Shown: positions 28,942-38,528, numbered from the stretch's first letter. The stretch is DNA of 64,000 bases from a virus (IMGVR_UViG_2563366756_000009:1-64000); one strand, 5' to 3'. The notes: generated by a model from the letters alone, not told the origin. A program made the numbers and translations.

Positions 28942-30390
28942 ATGGCCTGGAAAGATACCTTGCTTGATGCGTCATTCCGGGGCGTCGCATTTGACGTGCA
29001 ACGCACCTCGGACGGGATCGAAAAGGACACGGCACACTACGCGTCGCCCTACGTCGACGGCGAGGACATCCGTGACCTGGGCCTCAAAGCCCACGACGTG
29101 AGCCTCACGGCCATTATCTTCGGCGACGACTACGAGCGGCGTATGAAGGCACTGCTCGACGCACTCACCGTCAAGGGCGCGGGCGAGCTGATCCACCCGG
29201 TATTCGGCTCACTGCCGAACATGCAGTTCATGACGGCGCACGTCTCACACGACGCTGAAAACGTCGATGCGTGCCAGATCGAAATGCACTTCAAACGGGC
29301 GACCCCAGGCAATCCGTTTTTCATCGATCGTCAGGCGAGTCAGATCGCGGACGCGGCGACGAGCAAGGCTGCTGCGGCTCAGCAGGCGGGCGCTTCGATG
29401 TTCGATAAGGCGGTGGGCGCACTCAAGATGGCGAAGGCAGGGTTGCGCCGCTTGAACGCATTTCGCAACGTGATGAATAAAACGCTCGGGGCGATCAAAT
29501 CGTTTGTTGCCGATGTGAAACAGACGGCCCTCGATTTTCTGACGTTTCCTGGCGCTTTTGCCTCAGACCTGATGGGCATGGTCACGAGCGTGTGTGACTT
29601 CCGCATGTTCGATCCGGGCCTCATCATGTCCGACTGGACGGATCTGAAACACCAGATGCACGACATAATCAAATTGCCTGCTGGTGTGGCATCCGGTCAC
29701 GTGGAGTCCTTGTCGAATGGAGCGGCAACACCGCTCACGCACGCGCTCCGCCCGTCGCCCGAGTCCGTATCGAGCTTCGATCCGCGTGCCCCTTACGCTG
29801 CGAAGAAATCCAGTGTCATCGCTGCGGCCGCATCGGATGTGGCGCTTGTGCGGGCCGTCACGGCCACGACCGTGTCTACCGCGATGGCCTCTGTGGCGGC
29901 AACGCTGCTCGCGCGCGAAGCGGAGCGGATCACGACCGTGCGTTCCCCGGCACCGCTGCCGGAGACGGGCTCAGCGCAGGTCGCGTCTACGCCGCAGGCG
30001 TCCCGTGACCAACCCGTCAATGCTCAGACGACACCCGCTGGCCCAGCCCTGACACCCGCCCAGGTCGAGCAAATCGCAGGCGACACACGCGAATTGCTCC
30101 AGATTGCCATCGACGCCGTGCGTGCGGCCGTGCCGGTCGAGGAGTCCCACCCGGTAGTCGAGCGGTTGAAGGACACAGCGCAAGCCATCCAGCAACTGGC
30201 CATCAAGGTGATTGATGTGTTGCCCCCGATTGTCACGCGCACCGTGCACGCCCCGGCCAATCTCACATTGATCGCCCACCTCTGGTACGGCGATTACCGT
30301 CGCGCGTCCGAGTTGCAGCGCCTGAACCCGCAACTGCGCAATCCCAACTTTATCGAACGTGGGGAGGTACTCAGTGGATTCGCCCAATGA
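28942..30390 (+). CDS. DNA circularisation protein (Mu gpN)
   Basis: MAWKDTLLDASFRGVAF, GELIHPVFG, LQRLNPQLRNPNFI. Confidence 0.92.
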   Translation: MAWKDTLLDASFRGVAFDVQRTSDGIEKDTAHYASPYVDGEDIRDLGLKAHDVSLTAIIFGDDYERRMKALLDALTVKGAGELIHPVFGSLPNMQFMTAHVSHDAENVDACQIEMHFKRATPGNPFFIDRQASQIADAATSKAAAAQQAGASMFDKAVGALKMAKAGLRRLNAFRNVMNKTLGAIKSFVADVKQTALDFLTFPGAFASDLMGMVTSVCDFRMFDPGLIMSDWTDLKHQMHDIIKLPAGVASGHVESLSNGAATPLTHALRPSPESVSSFDPRAPYAAKKSSVIAAAASDVALVRAVTATTVSTAMASVAATLLAREAERITTVRSPAPLPETGSAQVASTPQASRDQPVNAQTTPAGPALTPAQVEQIAGDTRELLQIAIDAVRAAVPVEESHPVVERLKDTAQAIQQLAIKVIDVLPPIVTRTVHAPANLTLIAHLWYGDYRRASELQRLNPQLRNPNFIERGEVLSGFAQ

Positions 30391-31504
30391 CGGCGTCACG
30401 CTGCTGATCGACGGCCATTCGCACGCCTATTGGTCGGCCTACTCGATTGACTCTGATCTGCTGATCCCGGCAGACGCGTGGCAAGTCACGCTCACGCAGC
30501 CTGAGGGGAAGCTGCCCGGACAAGCCCGGGCCGGGGCGCATGTCGAAGTGCGGATGGGACGTGACACGGTACTGATGGGCTATGTCGACAGCGTGCAGCG
30601 CAAGACGAGCAAGCGAGAGAAGTCGCTTGCGCTGCACGGGCGTGACTACGCGGCCATCCTGCGTGACTGCTCGGCCCCGATCTTTACCGCCAGACAGGTG
30701 ACGCTTGCCGAGGTGGCGTCGAGCATCGTCAAGCCGCTGGGCATCTCGACGGTACGCATTGACGCAAAAAGCACCGGCTACACCTGGGACAAAATCACCG
30801 TCGATCCGGGCGACACGGCGTGGGACGTGCTCAGGCACGCCGCCGAGGGTGAGGGACTTTGGCCGTGGTTCGAACCCGACGGTACATTGATCGTTGGAGG
30901 TCCGGACTACAACGCACCGCCCGTGGCGAGCCTCATCCTGCGCGAGAGCGGCAAGGGCAATAACGTTGAATGGTTCGAGGAATCCCGCTCGGTGGCCGAG
31001 CGTCACTCCGAGGTAACGGTCCTCGGCCAGACGCACGGCACGCACAGCGAGCCCGGCAAGCACGCGATCAAAGTCACGGTGAAGGATCCCACCGTGCCTG
31101 TCTATCGTCCGAAGATCCATGTCGATCACGACGCACCGAATCTCGCGGCCGCCGAGGCGCGTGCCAAAAAGATCATCTCGGACTCAGCGCTGGCGGCTCA
31201 CACGCTGCGCGCGTCCGTGCAGGGCCATCGCACGAGCGACGGCGTGCTGTGGAAGCCCGGCCAGCGGGTACACGTTATCTGGGACGAGTGGGAGATAGAT
31301 GCCGTCTATTTCCTGATGGGGCGACGTTTTTCGGGCGGCCGTCCGGGCGGCGAGCACACGCTGCTCAAACTCAAAGAGGATGGCGTGTGGGGGCCGGAGG
31401 CGCATCCGCACTCGGGGCGTCATCGCCATAGGCAAGAGGGACCATCGCTCCACGTGACCGACGCCACCATTGATGCGACCATCGCAGCGAGCCACGGAAA
31501 ATGA
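30374..31504 (+). CDS. Baseplate hub (Mu gpP/gp44)
   Basis: SIDSDLLIPADAW, GRDYAAILRDCS, WKPGQRVHV. Confidence 0.9.
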   Translation: MDSPNDGVTLLIDGHSHAYWSAYSIDSDLLIPADAWQVTLTQPEGKLPGQARAGAHVEVRMGRDTVLMGYVDSVQRKTSKREKSLALHGRDYAAILRDCSAPIFTARQVTLAEVASSIVKPLGISTVRIDAKSTGYTWDKITVDPGDTAWDVLRHAAEGEGLWPWFEPDGTLIVGGPDYNAPPVASLILRESGKGNNVEWFEESRSVAERHSEVTVLGQTHGTHSEPGKHAIKVTVKDPTVPVYRPKIHVDHDAPNLAAAEARAKKIISDSALAAHTLRASVQGHRTSDGVLWKPGQRVHVIWDEWEIDAVYFLMGRRFSGGRPGGEHTLLKLKEDGVWGPEAHPHSGRHRHRQEGPSLHVTDATIDATIAASHGK

Positions 31505-32103
31505 TTGAGGAAATCGACAAGCGCATTCGGCGCGCACTGGCGAGTTTTCGCCACGCGTTTCGCGGGCTGATTGGCCTTGCCAAAACCGATGGCCCGGTCG
31601 TTATCATCCAGGGCGAGGGGCTCGCAGGTGAGCCGGTGGTCGATGCGGAACTCTTCCAGCACTACGGCTATACCAGCGCGCCGCCGTCCGGCACGATGAT
31701 GATTGTGGTGCCCATTGGTGGCAGGACAAGCCACAGCATTGTGATTGCCACCGAGCATGGACAGTACCGGCTCAAGGCCCTGAAACCCGGCGAAGTCGCG
31801 CTGTATTCCGACGAGGGAGATTCTGTGCATTTGGCCCGAGGTCGGGTGATGAACATCACCACGAAAACGCTTAATATCACGGCCGAAGAAGCGGTCAACA
31901 TCGATAGCCCGAAGGTCAACGTCAAACATCTGCTCAACGTCGCAGAACAGATCACCGGCCAAGGTGGTTTGAGCGTGTCCGGTGGAGAAGGCGTTGTCGT
32001 GGATGGCAGCATGAAGGTGAAGGGCGACGTCGAGATCGGCGGCAAGAGCTTCCTTGGTCACAAACATCCGGTGCCGGGTAACGTCACAGACGTTCCGTCT
32101 TGA
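31501..32103 (+). CDS. Baseplate spike (Mu gp45)
   Basis: FQHYGYTSAPP, GEVALYSDEG, C-terminal HKH metal motif. Confidence 0.9.
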   Translation: MIEEIDKRIRRALASFRHAFRGLIGLAKTDGPVVIIQGEGLAGEPVVDAELFQHYGYTSAPPSGTMMIVVPIGGRTSHSIVIATEHGQYRLKALKPGEVALYSDEGDSVHLARGRVMNITTKTLNITAEEAVNIDSPKVNVKHLLNVAEQITGQGGLSVSGGEGVVVDGSMKVKGDVEIGGKSFLGHKHPVPGNVTDVPS

Positions 32104-32172
32104 TGGAATACGAGCGCGACCAATGACAGCCGTTGCATTTCTCAGGTCGCGCGTGCCGAGCAAAATCGGCAC

Positions 32173-32523
32173 ATGGACGCTCTGCTCAATCCCCGCACTG
32201 GTGGCTACGCTGGCTCGCAAACGGATTCGTTGGCGAACGCGATCTATATTCGCCTCGAAACACCGCTTGGTTCTTGGTGGGCGGCCCCCAATGTCGGCTC
32301 GTTGCTCCATACGCTGGCCCGAGAAAAGGACACGCCGCGCGTGCGACGCCTGGTCGAGCAATACGCCGAGCAGGCCCTCGCCCCCATCGTTAAGGACGGA
32401 CGGGCGACCAAGATCATCCTCAAGGCCGACGCGTGCAATCCCGGCTGGGTCTTGCTACATATCGACGTGCACCAGGCGGCGGGCAAATCGCAGTACTTTC
32501 AATACCAGGTCAAGGTGTCGTAA
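32173..32523 (+). CDS. Baseplate protein (Mu gp46)
   Basis: GSWWAAPNVGSLLHTL...YAEQALAPIV. Confidence 0.9.
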   Translation: MDALLNPRTGGYAGSQTDSLANAIYIRLETPLGSWWAAPNVGSLLHTLAREKDTPRVRRLVEQYAEQALAPIVKDGRATKIILKADACNPGWVLLHIDVHQAAGKSQYFQYQVKVS

Positions 32524-33590
32524 TGCCGGGTACGATCCTGACACTCGACCAGGTCCGCGCGAACATGTTGCGCGAGATCCGCAATCAACGCGTGGACGCG
32601 CACATCGGAGAAGACTCCGATTATTTCGTGCGTGCGAGCAGCGTTGCCAGTGCCGTCGAAGGACTGTACGCGCACCAGGCGTGGCTTGAGCGGCAAATTT
32701 TCCCTGACACGGCCGACGAGCGAAACCTCATCCTGCACGCGAGGCTGCGCGGCATCGAGCGAAAGACGGCGGTCATCGCTAGCGGCCAAGCGCGCATCGA
32801 CGGCAAGCCGCAGAGCGCCGTCGCCAGCGGCTTGAGAGCCAAATACCGAGACGGCACGGCATACATCACGACCTCGGGCGGCACGACCGACGCCACGGGG
32901 CATCTCCTGGTCGACGTAGAGGCCATCGTCGCCGGGAAGCTCGGCAACCGCGAGGATGGCCAGACGCTCACGCTCACCGTGCCGCCCGCTGGATTCGACG
33001 CCACGCTTACGATCACCCATCTGCGCGGCGGCACCGAGATCGAATCGCTCGACAGCCTGCTCGCCCGGCTACTCCAACGGATTCGCCGCCCGCCTGCTGG
33101 AGGCAACAAATACGACTATTGGCAGTGGGCCATGGAAGTGCCGGGCGTGTCGGCCGCCTATGTCTACCCGCTGCGTCGAGGGCTGGGCACGGTCGATGTG
33201 GTCATTGTGACGCACGACGGTCTGCCCTCGGACAAGGTGCTCAAGGCCGTCCAGGCGCGTATCGACGAGATGCGTCCGGTGCGCGCAAAAGACGTGCGCG
33301 TGATGATGCCGACGATCAAGACGTATGACGTGACGGCGGCCCTCAAGCTTGACGGCCTGACGCTGGACGTGGCGCGCGAGGTAATCACGAGCAGCCTCAA
33401 GGCCTATAGCGCCACGCTCTCGCCTGGCGAAACCGCGATCCGCAATCGCATCGGCGGTGTGATCAACGACACGACCGGTGTCATCGACTACACGCTCGAC
33501 AGCCCGGCCGCCAACGTCGTCGCACTCGTTAATGAACACGTGGTCGAGTGGTGCCAACTCGGGAAGGTCGAGTTGCGGGTGATGGCATGA
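32523..33590 (+). CDS. Baseplate J-like protein (Mu gp47)
   Basis: QIFPDTAD, RRPPAGGNKYDY, RRGLGTVDV. Confidence 0.92.
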   Translation: MPGTILTLDQVRANMLREIRNQRVDAHIGEDSDYFVRASSVASAVEGLYAHQAWLERQIFPDTADERNLILHARLRGIERKTAVIASGQARIDGKPQSAVASGLRAKYRDGTAYITTSGGTTDATGHLLVDVEAIVAGKLGNREDGQTLTLTVPPAGFDATLTITHLRGGTEIESLDSLLARLLQRIRRPPAGGNKYDYWQWAMEVPGVSAAYVYPLRRGLGTVDVVIVTHDGLPSDKVLKAVQARIDEMRPVRAKDVRVMMPTIKTYDVTAALKLDGLTLDVAREVITSSLKAYSATLSPGETAIRNRIGGVINDTTGVIDYTLDSPAANVVALVNEHVVEWCQLGKVELRVMA

Positions 33591-34156
33591 GTCACGCCGA
33601 GCTGCTCAGCCAGTTGCTCCCACCGGTGTCGTATGCGCCGGGCGAGCCGAATCTGGCGCTGGGACTCATGGTTGAGGGCATGGCGCTCGATCGTGCGCTG
33701 GCCGACGCTGAGGCGATCGAGGATGCAATCACCCCGTACTACGCCCATCAATATTTGCCGGACTGGGAGCGCGTGTGCGGCCTCGCGCCGAAGCCAGATG
33801 CGACGCTTCAGCAACGTGTCTCGACTGTTGTAGCAAAGCTCAATGAAACCGGTGGCTTGTCGATCCCGTATTTCATGCGGCTGGCCGCTGCGCTGGGCTA
33901 TCGGATCGAGATCGTCGAGCCGGAACCGTTTCGCGTGGACGAGGCGTGCGTTGGGGACGCGCTATGGAACGAGAACATTGTGGACCAGTGGGGCGTGATC
34001 GTGCACGGCGCACCGGAGCTGACGTACGACTTTCGCGTTGACGAGAGCACCGTTGGTGAGCCGTTGATGGCCTTCTCCGATCCCATCCTCGAAGCCATGT
34101 TTCGTGATCTCAAACCGGCAGACACCTTCGTCTACTTTCAATATCTGGACAAATAA
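33587..34156 (+). CDS. Baseplate protein (Mu gp48 / YmfQ-like)
   Basis: LPDWERVCGL, GGLSIPYF, KPA.T. Confidence 0.88.
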   Translation: MSHAELLSQLLPPVSYAPGEPNLALGLMVEGMALDRALADAEAIEDAITPYYAHQYLPDWERVCGLAPKPDATLQQRVSTVVAKLNETGGLSIPYFMRLAAALGYRIEIVEPEPFRVDEACVGDALWNENIVDQWGVIVHGAPELTYDFRVDESTVGEPLMAFSDPILEAMFRDLKPADTFVYFQYLDK

Positions 34157-34158
34157 CC

Positions 34159-35175
34159 ATGCAACGTATTGATACGCCTGACGGCCATTTCCATGCGGGC
34201 GATCCGTCGGCAGGCGTCAAAGGCAGCGTCGTCACACGGGACTACATGGAGGCCGTGCAGGAAGAACTTGCCGCCATCCCTGAGAGTGTCGGCATCAAGC
34301 TGGACAAGGGGGACAACAAGCAGATCCTGAAGGCAATTCAGAAGATGCTCGCTAGTGCGGTGGGTGGTCACGCGACGTCGGACGATGTCCAGAAGCTGAT
34401 CGCCAAGGCCGTAGAGCCATACCTCCCCAAATCCGAGGCCGACTTCGCCAAAAAAGCGGGCGACGCCGCACAGACGTTTCAGGTAGCCGATGCGACCGAA
34501 GATGGGCATGCGTTAAACCGCCGATCGGCGAATGGCCTGTATGCCAAGAAGGGCGAGGCAGGCGCTTCCACCTGGGATGGTGTCACAGGCAAGCCTACCA
34601 CGCTCGATGGCTACGGCATCAAGGGCGAAGCCGATGGCCGCTATCTCGCCAAAGACTCGATGGCGATCACGCGCTTACAGACGTCGAATGTGACCTCCAG
34701 CGTGTCATCGATCGATTTCTCGAATCTGTCCGACGACTATGCGCAGTACATCGTAGAAATCTGCGACTTGTCCACGGACACGATGGGGGCGGAGCTGTGG
34801 CTACGCTTATCTGAAGGGGGAAGCTGGCGCTCCTCATCCTACATAAGCACCTGGGCCTACAACAACCAGGCGCGCACGGGGGCCGCGCCGGGCAATGCTG
34901 GAGGTGACCACATCCAAATCCTGAACGGTATGCATGCCGGTAACGGACTCGGTGTGGCCGGGCGCATCGTGATCTACAGCCCGCATAGCGGCTCTGCGTT
35001 CAAGCGCCTCACCTGGGATATGCAGAACCACAACGCGGACTCGGGCGTGGGAACTGTCGCGCGCTACTACGGCGCAGGAGCGCTTGAGAGCCAACGGTCC
35101 ATCGACGGCATCCGTCTGCAACTCTCAAGCGGCAGCATCGTCAACGCGACCGTCAAGCTTTATGGAGTGAATTGA
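34159..35175 (+). CDS. Short tail fibre / receptor-binding protein
   Basis: MQRID...VQEELAAIPE N-terminal anchor typical of Mu/P2-like fibres; beta-rich C-terminal domain. Confidence 0.85.
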   Translation: MQRIDTPDGHFHAGDPSAGVKGSVVTRDYMEAVQEELAAIPESVGIKLDKGDNKQILKAIQKMLASAVGGHATSDDVQKLIAKAVEPYLPKSEADFAKKAGDAAQTFQVADATEDGHALNRRSANGLYAKKGEAGASTWDGVTGKPTTLDGYGIKGEADGRYLAKDSMAITRLQTSNVTSSVSSIDFSNLSDDYAQYIVEICDLSTDTMGAELWLRLSEGGSWRSSSYISTWAYNNQARTGAAPGNAGGDHIQILNGMHAGNGLGVAGRIVIYSPHSGSAFKRLTWDMQNHNADSGVGTVARYYGAGALESQRSIDGIRLQLSSGSIVNATVKLYGVN

Positions 35176-35176
35176 T

Positions 35177-35632
35177 ATGAAACGTCTTGTAAATGGTGTC
35201 GAGATCGACATTCCTGCCGACGAACTCGCGGCGTTGGCCGCCGAGCAACTGGCGGGGGCGAAATCCGCTCGTATCGCCTGGCTGAACAGTGACTGCGCGC
35301 AAGCCATTGTTTCGGGTTTTCAGTCGAGCGCGCTGGGCGAGCCGCATACCTATCCGTCGCACCCTACCGACCAGCAGAACCTGAGCGCGGCCGTGACCGC
35401 TTCGCAGTTGCCAGTGTTCAGTGCCAACAAAGACTGGCGCGTGCCATTCCCGTGCGCGGATGCCCAGCACGTCTGGGCACGTCGAGAGCACACGGCCGCG
35501 CAGATTCAGCAGGTGGGCATGGATGCTTTTGCGGCGGTCGCGGCGCGGTTGCAGCAAAAAGACGCGCTTGTGTTGAAAGTCCAGGTCGCGAAGACGGAAA
35601 AGGAAGTCGCGGCGATTGTGTGGCCTGCGTGA
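35177..35632 (+). CDS. Tail fibre assembly chaperone (DUF4376-like)
   Basis: SSALGEPHTYPS..DQQNL...HTAAQIQQVG. Confidence 0.8.
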   Translation: MKRLVNGVEIDIPADELAALAAEQLAGAKSARIAWLNSDCAQAIVSGFQSSALGEPHTYPSHPTDQQNLSAAVTASQLPVFSANKDWRVPFPCADAQHVWARREHTAAQIQQVGMDAFAAVAARLQQKDALVLKVQVAKTEKEVAAIVWPA

Positions 35633-35715
35633 TGCGCGGGCCGCAGGCACAGCCGCCTCGCTTGCGCCCCCCGTCGCAGATCACCGATATCTCGTGTCCC
35701 GCTAGAAATAGAAAT

Positions 35716-36087
35716 ATGTTGACAACTTCTACCGTTGCATTTGTTGCCGCTGGTGCGGCCAGCGGCGCAACACTCGCGGCCATTTGGCCGCAAGCCGATC
35801 TGGTAGTGCTCAGCGGTGTGCTGTGTGGCGCGCTGATTTTTGCACTACGCAGCCAGGAAACGTCGCGCCTCAAAAAGATCTTGTACTTCTGCGTCTCGCT
35901 GGTGGGCGGCTACGCCGTGACGCCGAGTCTTGAAGTGGCTGCACCGTGGCTGCCTGCGTGGCCGGCCGCATTCTTTTCGTCCGCGTTGGTGGTAACGCTG
36001 GCTATGGTTCTACTCAGTTGGGTGGAGACGGCATTGCCGCAAGCCCTGACCCAACTGCTTAACAAGATGATTGGAGGTGGTAAATGA
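35716..36087 (+). CDS. Putative holin
   Basis: Three to four TM segments, upstream of endolysin. Confidence 0.65.
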   Translation: MLTTSTVAFVAAGAASGATLAAIWPQADLVVLSGVLCGALIFALRSQETSRLKKILYFCVSLVGGYAVTPSLEVAAPWLPAWPAAFFSSALVVTLAMVLLSWVETALPQALTQLLNKMIGGGK

Positions 36088-36413
36088 CGAGGCTCGTTGC
36101 GCATTTTCATGCGGCCGGGGTGCTGGACTTCTGGATGCTGGTGGCGACAGGCGTGATGGCTACGGCCATTTTCCTGCTGGTGGTGTTTGGCCCGCCAGCG
36201 GGCAAGCAGACGCCCGCGCTCTCGCACCGGCTCGCCCGTTACGTGCTGGCGAGTTCCTTCGGGGTATTGGCGCTGCGTGTCTGGGTGGGCTGGTTCAACA
36301 CCCCGGTGGAGCCTGCCAACGTGGTGATTCTTGTGCTGGCGCTGTGGGTGATCTGGCGTTGCCGAGGGGATGTGTCCGTGCTGCTGACGGCGGTGCGGCA
36401 GGCGGGACGATAA
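36084..36413 (+). CDS. Second membrane protein of lysis cassette (holin/antiholin-like)
   Basis: Three TM segments, overlapping start/stop. Confidence 0.55.
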   Translation: MTRLVAHFHAAGVLDFWMLVATGVMATAIFLLVVFGPPAGKQTPALSHRLARYVLASSFGVLALRVWVGWFNTPVEPANVVILVLALWVIWRCRGDVSVLLTAVRQAGR

Positions 36414-36423
36414 GGGACAAACG

Positions 36424-36843
36424 ATGAGCAACTACGACGCATCAGCACTGAAAGCCGAGTTGACCTGCGACGAAGGCTATCGGCTGCGCTTGTATGTCGA
36501 TACGGTGGGAAAGGTTTCTGGCGGGATCGGGCGCAACCTGACCGACAAGGGCCTTCGCCCTGACGAGGTCGATCTGATGTATGCGAACGATATTTCGGAA
36601 GCCGAGGCGTGGCTCGATCACAACCTGCCATGGTGGCAGTCGCTTGATCCGGTGCGTCAGCGCGTGCTGATGAACATGGCGTTCAACCTGCAGGGCAGGC
36701 TGTTGGAGTTCCGAAATTTCCTGGCGTCCGTGGAGCGTCACGACTGGCCGGTGGCGAAGCGGGAAATGCTGGATAGCCGGTGGGCGCAAGAGGTAGGCGC
36801 ACGCGCCACACGCCTGGCGTCGATGATGGAGACGGGCGTATGA
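36424..36843 (+). CDS. Endolysin, T4-lysozyme-like (GH24)
   Basis: DEGYRLRLYVDTVG with E-x8-D-x-T catalytic pattern; GIGRNL; MLDSRWAQEVG.RA. Confidence 0.9.
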   Translation: MSNYDASALKAELTCDEGYRLRLYVDTVGKVSGGIGRNLTDKGLRPDEVDLMYANDISEAEAWLDHNLPWWQSLDPVRQRVLMNMAFNLQGRLLEFRNFLASVERHDWPVAKREMLDSRWAQEVGARATRLASMMETGV

Positions 36844-37319
36844 CTTGGCTCAGTCCCCGTGTGTGGGGCGTATGTCTCCTGGCCGTCTCGCTCGGCATTG
36901 CCGGTGGTTACTGGAAGGGGCACCGGGACGCCGATCAATCGGCCAAGGTGGCGATGCTTGAGAAGACCGCCAAGGAACTCGCCGCAGAGCGAGACGAATA
37001 CCGTGAACGTGTACAAACCCAAGCAGGAATTACCAATGACGCGAAACAATCCGCTGACAAAGCGCGCGACGACGCTCGCGCTGCTACTGCCGCTTCTGAC
37101 CAGTTGCGCCGCCGAGTTGCCGAACTCGTCACCGTCGCGCGCCATTCCACCGCTGCCGACGGAAGCGCGCCAGCCGCAGACCCCATCGGAGTGCTTGCCG
37201 ACGTGCTCGGCCGCGCTGATGAACGAGCGGGGAAACTGGCGGAATTCGCTGACGCTGCCCACATCGCAGGGCTTGCCTGTGAGCGAAGCTATGACGCGCT
37301 AAATGCCGGGATGCGTTGA
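36840..37319 (+). CDS. i-spanin (Rz-like, DUF2514-type)
   Basis: N-terminal TM plus coiled coil, AGLACERSY tail. Confidence 0.85.
   Translation: MTWLSPRVWGVCLLAVSLGIAGGYWKGHRDADQSAKVAMLEKTAKELAAERDEYRERVQTQAGITNDAKQSADKARDDARAATAASDQLRRRVAELVTVARHSTAADGSAPAADPIGVLADVLGRADERAGKLAEFADAAHIAGLACERSYDALNAGMR
37036..37302 (+). CDS. Embedded o-spanin lipoprotein (Rz1-like)
   Basis: Signal peptide with lipobox LTSC, Pro-rich body, nested in +1 frame of Rz. Confidence 0.75.
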   Translation: MTRNNPLTKRATTLALLLPLLTSCAAELPNSSPSRAIPPLPTEARQPQTPSECLPTCSAALMNERGNWRNSLTLPTSQGLPVSEAMTR

Positions 37320-37349
37320 CGCCAGGGCGTCGTAACTGCGGGGCGCTGT

Positions 37350-37625
37350 GAGAAAAGACCCATCCGGACCAAACGTGATCCGGATGGAGGGCGTTGAGCA
37401 TCCCCCCAGACACTCGCGGCCAATACGCCGGGAGGCAAGGCGTGGTACGTTGGGCATTGCGATCCATATCCCACGAAAGAATCGCCCCAAATTCTCGTTT
37501 TTTTGGGACGGGTCTTCTCACGAAAAAAAGCCCGTACCGGGGGGTACGGGCCCCGAAATTCTCCCCCGTCGGGGGTGGCGAGGGGAGAAGACCCAGCGCG
37601 AGTATCAGACGTCCCGAACAAAAAT
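37350..37625. other. Highly structured non-coding segment (ncRNA or cis-element candidate)
   Basis: Perfect stems 37360-68/37379-87 (9 bp), 37510-19/37585-94 (10 bp), 37530-38/37543-51 (9 bp), outer GGGACG/CGTCCC. Confidence 0.45.
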
Positions 37626-37874
37626 TGAATGGGGCTTGGCCCATCTGTCGGCATTGCTGCGAGGGGGCGTCGCCGAAATCTGTAGAGGGTCTTTGGTAAG
37701 GCAAGTGTTGATAGCGGCCGCTGCCGTGGTGGTGACAATTTTCGGATCACGCCCATATGCTTCCTTTGCGTCCAAGTGGCAGTCTGCGTTGAGGTGGTGA
37801 GCCTAATAGGTGAGATTGCGTGGCTTTGCTACCGGACATGTGGGATTGACTCTTATTGGATTGAAGGAGTGTTT

Positions 37875-38282
37875 ATGTCTGATCGTCCGGACGCTGCGCT
37901 CGGCGTGGCGTTGGTGGGGGCTTTAATCGTTGCAGCCTATTTGTATTCCGTCTCCAAGCTCCTTGGAGCTGATTTCAAGACGACCGCCAACGCGGTTGGA
38001 TATTCGGCCATAGTCCTGGGGCTGACTGGCGGCTGCCTGTATTTTCTAGGATTCGAATGGCTGGGGCCTTGTTCTGTCGCTGGTCTCGCATTCCTCTGGC
38101 CTGGGTGGTGGCCTGTTTTGCGGAGCATCGCGGCGGGAGGCCGGTCACCGGATGAATATCCGTGGTCAATGTCTGAGGCTTGGTACACAAATGACCTATT
38201 TCTGAAGGGGAGCGAGGCGGTGATAGTTATCGTCTTGGCATGGTTGCTGTACCGAGTATGGAATCTGCGCTTCCGATATTGA
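37875..38282 (+). CDS. Four-TM membrane moron protein
   Basis: GAAGGAG RBS before ATG 37875; hydrophobic helices; AT-richer codons than structural genes. Confidence 0.75.
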   Translation: MSDRPDAALGVALVGALIVAAYLYSVSKLLGADFKTTANAVGYSAIVLGLTGGCLYFLGFEWLGPCSVAGLAFLWPGWWPVLRSIAAGGRSPDEYPWSMSEAWYTNDLFLKGSEAVIVIVLAWLLYRVWNLRFRY

Positions 38283-38452
38283 GGAGTTCGCTCCGTTTTT
38301 GTTATTTTTCTTTTGAGGGCTTGCGATGAGGAGGCCCTCATCAACTGTTCCTGGTGGATGTGCGGTCGAGTGGCCTAGGATGTCGACGTGTAAAATTGGC
38401 GTCGGGCTGCCGTCCATGAAGTGAATTCATCCCTACACGTATCCACCAATCC

Positions 38453-38528
38453 GGGACGTTAGCTCAGTGGATAGAGCAACAGCCTTCTAAGCTGTCGGTC
38501 GCTGGTTCGATTCCAGCACGTCTCGCCA
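38453..38528 (+). tRNA. tRNA-Arg(UCU)
   Basis: Cloverleaf GGGACGT/ACGTCTC, anticodon loop CTTCTAA, GGTTCGA T-loop, encoded CCA. Confidence 0.92.

Noticed and set aside
14651-34121. Numerous long antisense and alternative-frame ORFs over structural genes
   Set aside because: Typical shadow ORFs of GC-rich coding DNA with no motifs or RBS.
34159-35632. Invertible G segment or diversity-generating retroelement at the tail fibre
   Set aside because: No invertase, reverse transcriptase, duplicated fibre tip or template repeat was seen.
37330-37395. Twister or hammerhead ribozyme
   Set aside because: TAA...GAGGG is present, but the hairpin loop lacks the CCC pseudoknot strand and there is no CUGANGA/GAAA core.
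37289-37800. Protein-coding ORFs of 100-190 aa in the structured segment
   Set aside because: No RBS, low-complexity Arg/Pro/Gly composition and mutually overlapping frames; treated as non-coding.
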